Positions 21,888 to 31,773 of a stretch of DNA of 64,000 nt are shown here, piece after piece. Under the pieces are notes generated by a model that searched no databases, had not been told where the DNA came from, and saw nothing but the letters and a program-made list of their open reading frames with translations. The position numbers and the translations under genes are program-made. Origin of the DNA: Candidatus Levyibacteriota bacterium (GTDB lineage: Bacteria > Patescibacteriota > Microgenomatia > Levybacterales > UBA12049); assembly GCA_027334565.1 (NCBI GenBank), contig DAHWUP010000003.1:31961-95960 (forward strand), written 5' to 3'. Each line of letters starts with the position of its first letter. Positions within the stretch are counted from its first letter, which is position 1.

Positions 21888-22627
21888 TGGTGACTCACCT
21901 CCTTGCTAATTTCTTCCGCATGTGATGTCATGAGTACCGACATAAATGCCATCGTAAGCATTGAGAATACAAGCGCCTGAACCAGTCCGACTATAACTTC
22001 CAAAAACAAGAAGGGAAGGGGAAGAACGAAGGCGAACAAGGTGGATATTATACCAAGCACGACTTCGCCTGCGAATATATTTCCGAATAAACGGAAAGAC
22101 AGTGAAATTAACTTTGTAAATTCGCCGATCAGTTCCAATAATCCGACATACATATTCAAAGGATTCAGGGAAAAGTATCGGGTTAGGTATGTTTTCGGCC
22201 CGAGTTTTTTGACGCTTAAAAAATGAGTAGCGATTACGGACACAAGGGAAAGGCCCAGGGTAACATTTAAATCGCTGGTAGCGGCGCGTAAAAACGGGAC
22301 AAGTGTCCCGTTTTCTCTTAACCCGACTGCGGATATACCGGGTATCAGTCCGGACCAATTTGCAATCAGTATAAAGATAAAAAATGTCATAAAATACGGA
22401 AATATCTTTGATGCATTACTTCCGGCAACGGAATAAGTAAGGTTATAAAATTCCTGGAGTATTGTTTCAACCACGGTTTGAAATCTTCCGGGGACAAGGC
22501 TCAATCTTTTTCGCATTGCAAAAATGATCCCGATAATAATAATATCTACGAGAATTGCGTCCAATAAAGTATTTGTGACATTAAAAAAGCCCAAACGAAC
22601 AATCGGTTCAGGCGCAAAGGGAACCAT
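21884..22627 (-). CDS. atpB: Fo ATP synthase subunit a
   Basis: 247-aa multi-TM protein with conserved LSFRLFGNIFAGE (the essential Arg helix). Confidence 0.92.
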   Translation of the reverse strand: MVPFAPEPIVRLGFFNVTNTLLDAILVDIIIIGIIFAMRKRLSLVPGRFQTVVETILQEFYNLTYSVAGSNASKIFPYFMTFFIFILIANWSGLIPGISAVGLRENGTLVPFLRAATSDLNVTLGLSLVSVIATHFLSVKKLGPKTYLTRYFSLNPLNMYVGLLELIGEFTKLISLSFRLFGNIFAGEVVLGIISTLFAFVLPLPFLFLEVIVGLVQALVFSMLTMAFMSVLMTSHAEEISKEVSHQ

Positions 22628-22661
22628 GGACTTTTATTTTACCCGTTAAATAGCTTCAAAG

Positions 22662-25600
22662 TCAAGAAGGAGAATGGTCAATTGCCTGAATTCGGTCGGT
22701 GATTATCACCGGTTTATCGTTTTTTGAATCGATTTTTCCGCTAATTAATACAACCGTTTCTTTGGTAAGCAAGTGTTTGAACTGATCAAATATTTTAGGA
22801 AACACGACGCATTCCAAATGTATTCCTCTTTCATTTGCAATAGTGATAAAAGCCATCTCGCTTCCCGTTTTTTTGGTAAATATCCTTCGAATTGTTTCTA
22901 TAATTCCGCCCACAACTACTTGGGTTAAATTTTCTTCTTCTTCCAAGACTTCAAGTTCGTGGGTGATCAGAGTTTTTAACTTAATTAAATTATCCAGCTG
23001 AGGATGCGCAGTAAGGTAAAACCCGAGATATTCTTTTTCGAAGGCAAGTTTTTCTTCCTCACGAAAATCCTCAACGTCATGAGCAGTACTGTTTACGGGA
23101 TCTTCATCGTCGGTAAAAAGACTGGTTTGTCCCAAGCTATTCTGTTTCCTTTTTTTATTGGTATTGTCGACGATATCGGGATATTCCATCAACAATTTCG
23201 CCCTGTTCCCGAAATTATCCATTGCGCCCGATTTGATAAGGCTTTCTACGGTTTTTTTGTTGATTACGGATAAATTTATCCTGGCGCAAAAATCTTCAAA
23301 GTTTTTGAATTGGCCGGATTTTCTCTGTTCGAGAATATTGTTAACCGCCGCATCGCCGACGTTTTTGATCGCGGATAAACCGAACCGTATCTTAAGTTGA
23401 TCTTCAATGGTAAATTCATTTCCTGATTTGTTCACGTCTGGCGGTAAAACCGGGACATTTAGGCGTTTGCATTCGGCCACAGCTTGGGATATTTTTTCAT
23501 TTTTTACCGGCCCGGTTGTTCCCCTGGATTCTGCAGTCAATAATGCGGTCATAAATTCCACCGGATAATTTGCCTTAAGGTACGCGGTCCTAAAGGCAAT
23601 GGTAGCGTAGCAGGCGGCATGCGCTTTCCCAAACCCGTATCCGGCGAAAGGTTCAAACAGAATCCATAGACTTTCCGCTTTGTCTTTTTTCATTCCGTTG
23701 GTAACACAACCTTGAACGAAATGGTCGTGTTCCTTTTTCATTTCGGCGGGAATTTTTTTGCCGACTGCCTTTCTTAATTTGTCAGCCTCAAGCCAAGAAT
23801 AACCGGCGACATTAAGTGCAGTCAGCAAAAGGTCGTCTTGAAAGGTAATTATTCCGTAAGACTGGCTTAAAACCTCTTTAAGCCTTGGGTCGGGATATTT
23901 AATCAGTTTGGGATTGTGTTTTCTTCTGATAAATTCCGGAATGTTTGCCATCGGACCGGGGCGGTATAAAGCTACCATAGCCTGGAGATCGAAAATCGAA
24001 GTAGGTTTCAATTCTTTGATATACCTTCTCATGCCGGCAGACTCAAGCTGGAAGATGCCGGTGGTTTCCCCGGAGGCCAACAGTTTGTAAGTTTTGTCAT
24101 TCTCGAAGGAAATTTTTGAAAAATCTACTTCTTTGTCTTGGTTTTCCTCAATGAATTTAAGAGCTTCCTGGATAATGGTTAAATTTCTAAGTCCTAAGAA
24201 ATCGATTTTTAATAACCCAACTCCGTCTTCGCCGATTGAATACATATCGTATTGGGTAATGACTTTATCACCGTTAGTTTCACGCTGAAGCGGAGTATAT
24301 TCCGTAAGATCCTTATCCGCGATAACCACCCCCGCGGCATGTACGGAAGCGTGCCTGGCAACTCCTTCAACTTTCCTTGCCAAATCAAGGATTCTGCGTG
24401 TATCTTCCTCGGTGGTATAAGCGATTTTAAGTTCCGGACTCTGCTCGAGTGCTTTATCAATGGTCATTGCATGACCCTGCCAGCCGGGAGGGATCATTTT
24501 GGAAATCCTGTCGGGAATTGCATACGGAAATCCTAAAACTCTTCCTATATCCCTGACCGACCCGCGTGCTTCCATAGTACCGAAAGTAATGATTTGTGCA
24601 ACTTTATCATCCCCGTATTTTCGGGTAACATACTCGATAACCTCGTCGCGGCGGTCATCTGCAAAATCCAAATCGATATCGGGTGGGGAAGGGCGCATCG
24701 GATTTAAAAATCTTTCAAATGGAAGTTTAAAATACAAAGGATCGACATCGGATATGTTTAAGGCATAAGAGACAATCGAACCAGCATTTGAACCTCGTCC
24801 GGGGCCGACGGTTATTCCCTGTGATTTTGCCCAGTTCACAAAATCTGAAACAATGAGGATGTATGTTTCATAGCCTTTTTTTAAAATTATAGATAATTCA
24901 TAATCCGCTCTCTCTTTAATTTCGGAAGTTATCGTTTTATATCGTTTCTCAAGACCCTCGTGAACCTTTAGCTGAATATATTCGGAAGGTGATATTCCGC
25001 CCGGTACTTCATAGTCCGGCATTATCCATTTCCCCAAGGTTATTTCTACGTTGCACATGTTTGCAATTTTTACGGTGTTGTCAATCGCTTCAGGGTTTTG
25101 AATAAATAAGCCCGTCATTTCTTCGGCCGATTTGATATAAAAGTCCGGGGAACCGATCATTGATAATTTTCTGTCTTTTGTATCCAAGGTCGTTTGGGTC
25201 TGGATACACAAAAGAGCCTCTTGCGCTTCGGCGTCTTCCTTACGAACATAATGATTGTCGTTGCTGGCAACCACCGGAATCCCCAGCTTTCTGGATAGCT
25301 CAAGTGTTTTTTGATTCAAGGACTCTTGTTCGGGAATGTTAAGATGTTTTTGCAGCTCTAAATAGAAGTTTCCTTGACCAAAAATCTCATTCAGTTCTTT
25401 TGCTCTTTTTTCTGCGGTTTCGTATTGATTTTTAAGAAGCGGTTCTGCAACAAAACCATTGACACACGCCGATAAACAAACCAAACCTTTACCGTACTCA
25501 CGCAGAAGCTGCATGTCGGTACGCGGTTTGTAATAATATCCCTCAAGACCTGCTATCGATATTATTTTCATTAAATTTCGGTACCCCTGGTCGTCTTTGG

Positions 25601-25877
25601 CGAGAAGTACCAAATGATTTGAGTCGGAGTCTATGCCTGCTTCTTTATCGTGTCTTGTTCGTCTTGAAATATAGATCTCGGCTCCGATTATAGGTTTAAT
25701 CCCCTCTTCTTTACAGGCTTTGTAGAATTGAATGGTGCCGTACATGTTACCGTGATCCGTAAGGGCAATAGCACTCATGTTAAGTTCCTTGGCACGTCTT
25801 ACGATATCCCGTATCTTTGACAAGCCGTCTAAGAGAGAAAATTCGCTATGGTTATGTAAATGTATGAAGTCTGCCAT
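22662..25877 (-). CDS. dnaE: DNA polymerase III alpha subunit
   Basis: N-terminal PHP domain FIHLHNHSEFSLLDG. 1071 aa with polymerase core motifs. Confidence 0.95.
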   Translation of the reverse strand: MADFIHLHNHSEFSLLDGLSKIRDIVRRAKELNMSAIALTDHGNMYGTIQFYKACKEEGIKPIIGAEIYISRRTRHDKEAGIDSDSNHLVLLAKDDQGYRNLMKIISIAGLEGYYYKPRTDMQLLREYGKGLVCLSACVNGFVAEPLLKNQYETAEKRAKELNEIFGQGNFYLELQKHLNIPEQESLNQKTLELSRKLGIPVVASNDNHYVRKEDAEAQEALLCIQTQTTLDTKDRKLSMIGSPDFYIKSAEEMTGLFIQNPEAIDNTVKIANMCNVEITLGKWIMPDYEVPGGISPSEYIQLKVHEGLEKRYKTITSEIKERADYELSIILKKGYETYILIVSDFVNWAKSQGITVGPGRGSNAGSIVSYALNISDVDPLYFKLPFERFLNPMRPSPPDIDLDFADDRRDEVIEYVTRKYGDDKVAQIITFGTMEARGSVRDIGRVLGFPYAIPDRISKMIPPGWQGHAMTIDKALEQSPELKIAYTTEEDTRRILDLARKVEGVARHASVHAAGVVIADKDLTEYTPLQRETNGDKVITQYDMYSIGEDGVGLLKIDFLGLRNLTIIQEALKFIEENQDKEVDFSKISFENDKTYKLLASGETTGIFQLESAGMRRYIKELKPTSIFDLQAMVALYRPGPMANIPEFIRRKHNPKLIKYPDPRLKEVLSQSYGIITFQDDLLLTALNVAGYSWLEADKLRKAVGKKIPAEMKKEHDHFVQGCVTNGMKKDKAESLWILFEPFAGYGFGKAHAACYATIAFRTAYLKANYPVEFMTALLTAESRGTTGPVKNEKISQAVAECKRLNVPVLPPDVNKSGNEFTIEDQLKIRFGLSAIKNVGDAAVNNILEQRKSGQFKNFEDFCARINLSVINKKTVESLIKSGAMDNFGNRAKLLMEYPDIVDNTNKKRKQNSLGQTSLFTDDEDPVNSTAHDVEDFREEEKLAFEKEYLGFYLTAHPQLDNLIKLKTLITHELEVLEEEENLTQVVVGGIIETIRRIFTKKTGSEMAFITIANERGIHLECVVFPKIFDQFKHLLTKETVVLISGKIDSKNDKPVIITDRIQAIDHSPS

Positions 25878-25878
25878 A

Positions 25879-26718
25879 TTAAGAAACGATCACCGTCTGA
25901 TTTCTTCCGTTTTTTTTCGCTTGATATAAACCGTCATCAACTTTATCAAAAAAATAGCCGAGGGGATTGTTGGTTTGATTTGATGTATGTTGATATCCGT
26001 CTGGATAAATTTCCATACCGGGTTGAAAAATACCGCCTCCGATGCTTACTGTTAATGAAAGATTAACCGGTTTTCCTTCGTGAATAACAGTATAAGGGGT
26101 TTCGTAAATGTTCATTCTTATTCTTTCCGCTATTTTTTTTAGATCTTCCGCTTCGGATACACCGGAGACAGCGATGACAAATTCTTCGCCCCCATAGCGG
26201 AATATTTTATCCGTTTCTTGCGAATCTCTGGTTTCGCGTAATGCCGAAGTTAAGTTTAAAGCTGTTGTATATAGAACCATATCTCCCGCCGGATGGCCGT
26301 ATCCATCGTTTACGTTTTTGAAGTGATCCAAATCTACTATCAGCAGGCCGAACGGTTCGTTGCCTTTTGCCATCTCAAGGCAATCCTCATTAAAAGCGCC
26401 GCGGTTAAGTAGTCTGGTTAACGGATCTTCTCGTTTGCTTTGGTTTGCCAGGCGAGCGTTTTCATTTGCCTCATTGGCCTTCTTATTCGACTGTTCGGTT
26501 CTTTTGTCCGCTCTTGTCCTTAAAAGGTCGCGTGCAACCATGGATCTTGCTACAATCCGTAAAAATTCTTCATCGGTTCTTCCTGGCTTATCTCTTTGTG
26601 ACGCAAGCCAAAATTTGGTAGCTTCAATCTGTTGTTCGGTGGTCAACGAACGTCTGTCAACACTCCTTCTTTCGGTGATTCGACCGGAGTCGGATAAGTT
26701 TTCATTAAATTCGCTCAT
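25879..26718 (-). CDS. GGDEF-domain diguanylate cyclase with ~100-aa charged N-terminal region of unknown function
   Basis: RYGGEEF active-site motif, with DLDHFKNVNDGYGHPAGD upstream. There is a 1-nt gap to dnaE and a 4-nt overlap with gatB. Confidence 0.85.
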   Translation of the reverse strand: MSEFNENLSDSGRITERRSVDRRSLTTEQQIEATKFWLASQRDKPGRTDEEFLRIVARSMVARDLLRTRADKRTEQSNKKANEANENARLANQSKREDPLTRLLNRGAFNEDCLEMAKGNEPFGLLIVDLDHFKNVNDGYGHPAGDMVLYTTALNLTSALRETRDSQETDKIFRYGGEEFVIAVSGVSEAEDLKKIAERIRMNIYETPYTVIHEGKPVNLSLTVSIGGGIFQPGMEIYPDGYQHTSNQTNNPLGYFFDKVDDGLYQAKKNGRNQTVIVS

Positions 26719-28031
26719 GTTAATTCCTCCATGATTAATTCCCTAACCTTTTCAACATCAATTTTTCTTTTTACTTTATACATCACTTGGCCGATAGCGA
26801 ACTGAATGACATTTTGTTTGCCTTTAGTAAAATCAATCTTAATGTTAGGATTTGCTTTTATAACTGCTTTTACGATCGTTTTAAGTTCTTCCGTGTCGAT
26901 AACGTTCGTTTTGTTCGTATCTAAAATTTTCGCGATCAGTTTGGCCGGTTGAAGGTCATCAATATTAACTTTCCTGTTAATAATAAAGTTAGCTATTTGC
27001 TTAGGTGTTAATTTGTCTTTGGCATTTCGTACAGCCTCTTCGAAATAGTCGGCGTAATTTTTTGTTTCGGTCAAAATTGTAGAATCGTTATAAAGAAGCC
27101 GATATTGTTGCTGAAATCTTTTGGCTTTGGCATCCGGAAGCTCAGGCATCAGCGACTTAAGTTTACCGATTTGAAGCTTGGTCCAACGGATGGGAGGAAT
27201 ATCAGGTTCGGGAAAGTATCGATAATCGGACGCTTCCTCCTTCGTTCTTTGAGAAACTGTCGATGAGTTTTTTTCGACAAATCCTCTGGTTTCCTGTAGT
27301 GGAATCTTACCGGTATCTAAGATTTCAGATTGTCTTTTGATTTCGAAATTTATCGCTTTTTCCACAAAAGCAAAGGAATTGATGTTTTTAACCTCAACTT
27401 TATAAACCGGTAATTTATTGCTATTGGGTTTTTGTAACGATATATTCGGTTCCAGTCTCATGTTGCCCCGTTCCATGTCGGCGTTTGATACGTTAAGATA
27501 CCTGACGAGTTGTTGAAGTTTCTGAAGGTACTCCTTAACCTCCGTACCTGTTTCGAAATCGGGTTCTGTTACTATTTCAACCAACGGTACGCCCGAACGG
27601 TTGAAATCTATTAGGCTTACTTTTTCTCCTTCTAGGGTAGAGTGGATCAATTTTCCGGTATCTTCCTCCATGTGTACACGCCTAATTCTTATCTTTTTTC
27701 CGTTCGAAAGAGTAAGAAAACCGTTTATGCAAAATGGTTTATCGTATTGGGATATCTGGTAACCTTTGACAAGATCGGGATAAAAATAATTTTTCCGGTC
27801 AAATTTACTGAACAAAGGTATTTCACAATTTAACGCTAAACCAATCAATACACACCAGTCGATCGCTCTTTTATTTGGGTAGGGTAGTGCTCCGGGAAGT
27901 CCTAGGCATACAGGGCAGGTATGTGTATTGGGTTCTTGACCGAAATAATCCGCCGAGCAGGCGCAAAACATTTTGCTGTTTGTCTTAAGCTCCACATGAA
28001 CCTCAAGCCCGATTACCGGTTTATATTTCAT
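26715..28031 (-). CDS. gatB: Asp/Glu-tRNA(Asn/Gln) amidotransferase subunit B
   Basis: N-terminus KPVIGLEVHVELKTNSKMFCACS...HTCPVCLGLPGALP is diagnostic for GatB. Confidence 0.95.
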   Translation of the reverse strand: MKYKPVIGLEVHVELKTNSKMFCACSADYFGQEPNTHTCPVCLGLPGALPYPNKRAIDWCVLIGLALNCEIPLFSKFDRKNYFYPDLVKGYQISQYDKPFCINGFLTLSNGKKIRIRRVHMEEDTGKLIHSTLEGEKVSLIDFNRSGVPLVEIVTEPDFETGTEVKEYLQKLQQLVRYLNVSNADMERGNMRLEPNISLQKPNSNKLPVYKVEVKNINSFAFVEKAINFEIKRQSEILDTGKIPLQETRGFVEKNSSTVSQRTKEEASDYRYFPEPDIPPIRWTKLQIGKLKSLMPELPDAKAKRFQQQYRLLYNDSTILTETKNYADYFEEAVRNAKDKLTPKQIANFIINRKVNIDDLQPAKLIAKILDTNKTNVIDTEELKTIVKAVIKANPNIKIDFTKGKQNVIQFAIGQVMYKVKRKIDVEKVRELIMEELT

Positions 28032-29458
28032 ATTTCTGGTTTATTTTTTCTCCAATCTTCATTTTGGGTCAATTTTTCATACTGGTTGGCAACAGATAGG
28101 ACCAGGCTTTCGCTAAATTGAGGACCGATAAGCTGCATTCCGATCGGAAGACCGGACTTGGAAAATCCTACGGGGATGTTGATTCCACATAATCCCGCAA
28201 TTGAAGAAGGTTCGACCAAAACGTCTGCCATTTCTCCGAACATCGACGCGCCTTCGGTCGCTCCTAAAGGCAAAGCCAAAGTCGGACTGGTCGGGGCAAT
28301 GATAATGTCGACCTTATTAAAAGCCTTATTAAAGTCATCTATGATTAAGGTTCTTACTTGTTGCGCTTTATTATAATACTGATCATAATAACCTGAAGAT
28401 AAAGCGTAAGTGCCGAACATGATTCTTCGCTTTGCCTCATCGGCGAAAAAGCCTCTTCCTTTTCCAAACCGGATTCCGTCGTACCGGGCAAGGTTAGAGG
28501 ATACTTCGCAGCGTTGGATAATTGTATAAACATCAATAGCATATTTGGGATCGAATAACTTAATAGTTTCGACTTTAGCTCCTTCCGTTTCCAGTTTTTT
28601 TATGGCATTCTTAATTTTGGCTTCAACTTCCGGGTCAATACCGTCGATAAAATAATCCTCGGAAATTCCAATCCGCAAGGTTTTTAGGTTCTTTTTAGAA
28701 AGTTTCGAGAATTTCTCTATCGGAAGCTGGGAAGTGGTGGCATCAAGCTCGTCTACACCGGCTAATACCTCTAGAAGAATCGCTGCGTCTTCCACGGTTT
28801 TGGTGATCGGTCCCGGAGAATCCAGGGAGGAGCCCATGGCTATCACACCATAGCGGCTGACCCTCCCGTATGTTGGCTTTAACCCGACTACTCCGCACCA
28901 GGACGCGGGTTGTCTGATCGAGCCGGCGGTTTCGGATCCGATGGAAGCAATACAAAAATTAGCCGCTGTTGCAGCAGCCGAACCTCCCGAGGAGCCTCCC
29001 GGTAGGCGTTTAAGGTCCCAGGGGTTTTTGGTCGGACCGTAATCGGATGTTTCGGTTGATGATCCATGCGCCCATGCGTCCATGTTGGTTTTTCCCAAAA
29101 GTACAGCGCCAGCATCTTTAAGTTTTTTGACTACTGTTGCATCAAACGGAGGAATATAGTCGTCTAATACTTTACTTGAAGCTGTAGTTCTAATACCCAA
29201 AGTTGAAAAGTTGTCTTTAATTGCAATTGGTATTCCGAGTAAAGGCATGTCGATACCCTCATCCAGAGCCTTGTCTGCTGCTTCTGCCTGTCTTAAGGCT
29301 GTTTCTTTGGTTACGGTTACAAATGAGTTTAATTTACTGTCCGATCTTTCGATTTGGCTAAGACAGGCTTTTGTAAGTTCGACCGAACTAAAGCTTTTTT
29401 TCTTCAATCCCTCTTTTGCTTGTTTTAGGTTTAATCTATTCATTTTCCAATATCGCAT
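28028..29458 (-). CDS. gatA: Asp/Glu-tRNA(Asn/Gln) amidotransferase subunit A (amidase)
   Basis: Amidase signature GGSSGGSAAATAA plus the GIPIAIKDN motif. 476 aa. Confidence 0.95.
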   Translation of the reverse strand: MRYWKMNRLNLKQAKEGLKKKSFSSVELTKACLSQIERSDSKLNSFVTVTKETALRQAEAADKALDEGIDMPLLGIPIAIKDNFSTLGIRTTASSKVLDDYIPPFDATVVKKLKDAGAVLLGKTNMDAWAHGSSTETSDYGPTKNPWDLKRLPGGSSGGSAAATAANFCIASIGSETAGSIRQPASWCGVVGLKPTYGRVSRYGVIAMGSSLDSPGPITKTVEDAAILLEVLAGVDELDATTSQLPIEKFSKLSKKNLKTLRIGISEDYFIDGIDPEVEAKIKNAIKKLETEGAKVETIKLFDPKYAIDVYTIIQRCEVSSNLARYDGIRFGKGRGFFADEAKRRIMFGTYALSSGYYDQYYNKAQQVRTLIIDDFNKAFNKVDIIIAPTSPTLALPLGATEGASMFGEMADVLVEPSSIAGLCGINIPVGFSKSGLPIGMQLIGPQFSESLVLSVANQYEKLTQNEDWRKNKPEI

Positions 29459-29720
29459 TTACCTTGAAGAAGCCGTTGTGGGTAGAATACGAATTCGATA
29501 AAGCCTGTTTTTGGTTTAGTGATGGTTTCGTAACGTCATCCCTGACGATGTTTTCCAGTCCCGTAACTTGACTGGTCGGTTCGACGTTCTTGGTGTTAAC
29601 CCGATTTAATTCCTCTACGTAATCGACCGTTTCCTGGAGCTGTTTTTGAAAAGTAATTCTTTCTTTGTCGGATATAGGTAAGTTGGCCAATTTCGCCACA
29701 TGCGGAACGTTAATTTTCAT
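29436..29720 (-). CDS. gatC: Asp/Glu-tRNA(Asn/Gln) amidotransferase subunit C
   Basis: 94 aa. The N-terminus ...VAKLANLPISDKE is typical of GatC. Sits directly upstream of gatA. Confidence 0.85.
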   Translation of the reverse strand: MKINVPHVAKLANLPISDKERITFQKQLQETVDYVEELNRVNTKNVEPTSQVTGLENIVRDDVTKPSLNQKQALSNSYSTHNGFFKVNAILENE

Positions 29721-29728
29721 CGAAGTTA

Positions 29729-30481
29729 TTATATGGCAATAGAAAGCCTTTTGGCAACCTGCAGTCTGGCTTTTTGCTCGAGATAGTCGTCCAATTTGGG
29801 AAGTTTTATGAAGGTACGGTATTTTTTGTCCAAGGCTTTTTTTAATAAAGCGTCGGCCAGTAAAGGATTTTTAGGTAAAATCGGTCCGTGGGAGTAGGTT
29901 CCGATACTGTTTTTGAAAACGGCTCCTTCGGTACCGTCTTTGCCGTTGTTTCCAAAACCTTTCATGACAAATCCAAGCGGTTTTAAATTCTTACCAAGAT
30001 ATGTTCTGCCTCCGTGGTTTTCGAAACCTACTATCGTACCAAAATCTTTAGTTCTAAACGCCAAGTTGCCGATTAATCTTCTAGCATTTACTTGAGTATT
30101 TTCGGTGTAGAGGTCGAAGATTTTTAGCCCTTCGATTAAATTTCCGTCGGCTTCTTTGTAATAATTTCCCAGAAATTGGTATGCACCGCAGATATAGATT
30201 CCAGGAATTCCGTTTAAAATCATTTCGTTGAGGATAGAGCTTTTACCGTTTAAATCTTTTGATACAGCCTCTTGTTGTGTATCCTGTGCGCCACCCATCA
30301 TAAGTAGATCGCATTTCTTTAAATCCCTTACGGAAAAATTTGTATTTAATTCGATGACTTTGGCTTTAATATTTCTCCATTCACATCTTTTCTGCAAGGT
30401 AATAACATTACCATGGTCCCCGTAGGTACTCATAAGTTCCGGGTAAAGCCATCCGATTGTCAAGGCAAGGGTATAGTTCAT
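29729..30481 (-). CDS. gatD: Lipid II isoglutaminyl synthase glutaminase subunit GatD (CobQ-type GATase)
   Basis: Close motif-by-motif match to the remembered S. aureus GatD sequence. Matches include GNIIALRQR~GNVITLQKR, ICGGYQFLG~ICGAYQFLG, FGTIVGFENHGGRTY and GTYLHGPILPKN~GTYSHGPILPKN. Confidence 0.85.
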   Translation of the reverse strand: MNYTLALTIGWLYPELMSTYGDHGNVITLQKRCEWRNIKAKVIELNTNFSVRDLKKCDLLMMGGAQDTQQEAVSKDLNGKSSILNEMILNGIPGIYICGAYQFLGNYYKEADGNLIEGLKIFDLYTENTQVNARRLIGNLAFRTKDFGTIVGFENHGGRTYLGKNLKPLGFVMKGFGNNGKDGTEGAVFKNSIGTYSHGPILPKNPLLADALLKKALDKKYRTFIKLPKLDDYLEQKARLQVAKRLSIAI

Positions 30482-31770
30482 GAAATCTTTTTTCCGGTTA
30501 AAATCCCACGCACTTCAAGCATAGCCGAATAGGTCGGTAATATATACAGCTTATGGTTGGGCGCGGTTTGTGAGACAGCAATCTTTACAGCCTCGTTTAG
30601 ATTTTCAAAAACGCTGTAAGCCTTACCGTTTCGTTTCAAGGAATATTTTAATCTTAAAGCTAAATCGTAGACGCGGTCTCCGGCCAGAAACAACTTTATA
30701 TGTTTGTTTGTTAACATTTCAAATTCGACATCCCAGATCCATGATATGTCTGTACCGTCGGGAATCCTGTCATTTAACACAATTAACAGATTTTTCGGAT
30801 TTTGTTCACTAATTGTTTTTAAAGATTCGTTGAAACTGGTCGGGTTTTTGGAAAGAAATAACTGAATTTTTTTCCCGTCAAGCGTTACTTCCTCCTGTCT
30901 TCCGAAAGCAGGTTTAAAATCAGTTAAAGCATGTTCAATCACATTTTCGTTAATACCGATTATTTTTGCTGTTAAAACCGCTGCCAAAGTATCATAAACA
31001 GCATAGGTCCCTTTTAGCGGATAAAATTTCGTTTTTTCAATGTCCAAGGGCGGCCTGGATAAACCACACTTTGGGCATTTCCATATTCCTAGGTGAGAAA
31101 AATAGACACGTTTAAAATCAAGTCTTTGGCCGCAGCTTGGGCAAAGAACCGAATCTGCAGCATGTTGCACTTGGTGTGTTTGGTATTTTTGATCATTCAA
31201 ACCGAAATAGTAGACTTTTGATAAAATTCCCGAGCCCAGGTAGGCGATTTGAGGATCGTCGGCGTTTAAAATATACTTTGTTTTATATAATTTATTATAA
31301 TTTGATTTCCACATTTTGGCGATGGAATTGACTTCTCCGTATCTGTCCAGCTGGTCACGGAAAAGGTTGAGCGCAATAAGATAGTCCGGCTTTAACTGTT
31401 TGATGACCAGAGGTAAGGTGTTTTCATCGATTTCAAAGATTGCATACTCATAATTTAATTTACCTTTCAAATCACTTTTTTGAATAATTGATGATGCTAC
31501 TCCGTTTGTCAAGTTAGCACCCGAAAAGTTTACGAATATTTTTTTTCCAGCTTTCTCGAGAATGGATTGCAATAATTTTACCGTTGTCGTTTTACCGTTG
31601 GTACCCGTTACCAAGATTATTTTTAACCTTGATTTATTTAGAGTGTGTTCGATAAAGTCTGCGTCCAGTTTTAATGCAACATGTCCGGGCCAGGTCGAAC
31701 CGCTTCCTAAATTTAAGATGCGGCTAAATAATAAGATCGTTTTCCCTATCAGGACTATCAAGGAATTCAT
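30478..31770 (-). CDS. murT: Lipid II isoglutaminyl synthase MurT (Mur ligase family with zinc-ribbon)
   Basis: Mur ligase P-loop ILVTGTNGKTTT and a CxxC...CxxC zinc ribbon CPSCGQRLDF..CPKCGL. It overlaps gatD by 4 nt, which is the classic pairing. Confidence 0.85.
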   Translation of the reverse strand: MNSLIVLIGKTILLFSRILNLGSGSTWPGHVALKLDADFIEHTLNKSRLKIILVTGTNGKTTTVKLLQSILEKAGKKIFVNFSGANLTNGVASSIIQKSDLKGKLNYEYAIFEIDENTLPLVIKQLKPDYLIALNLFRDQLDRYGEVNSIAKMWKSNYNKLYKTKYILNADDPQIAYLGSGILSKVYYFGLNDQKYQTHQVQHAADSVLCPSCGQRLDFKRVYFSHLGIWKCPKCGLSRPPLDIEKTKFYPLKGTYAVYDTLAAVLTAKIIGINENVIEHALTDFKPAFGRQEEVTLDGKKIQLFLSKNPTSFNESLKTISEQNPKNLLIVLNDRIPDGTDISWIWDVEFEMLTNKHIKLFLAGDRVYDLALRLKYSLKRNGKAYSVFENLNEAVKIAVSQTAPNHKLYILPTYSAMLEVRGILTGKKIS

Positions 31771-31773
31771 AAA

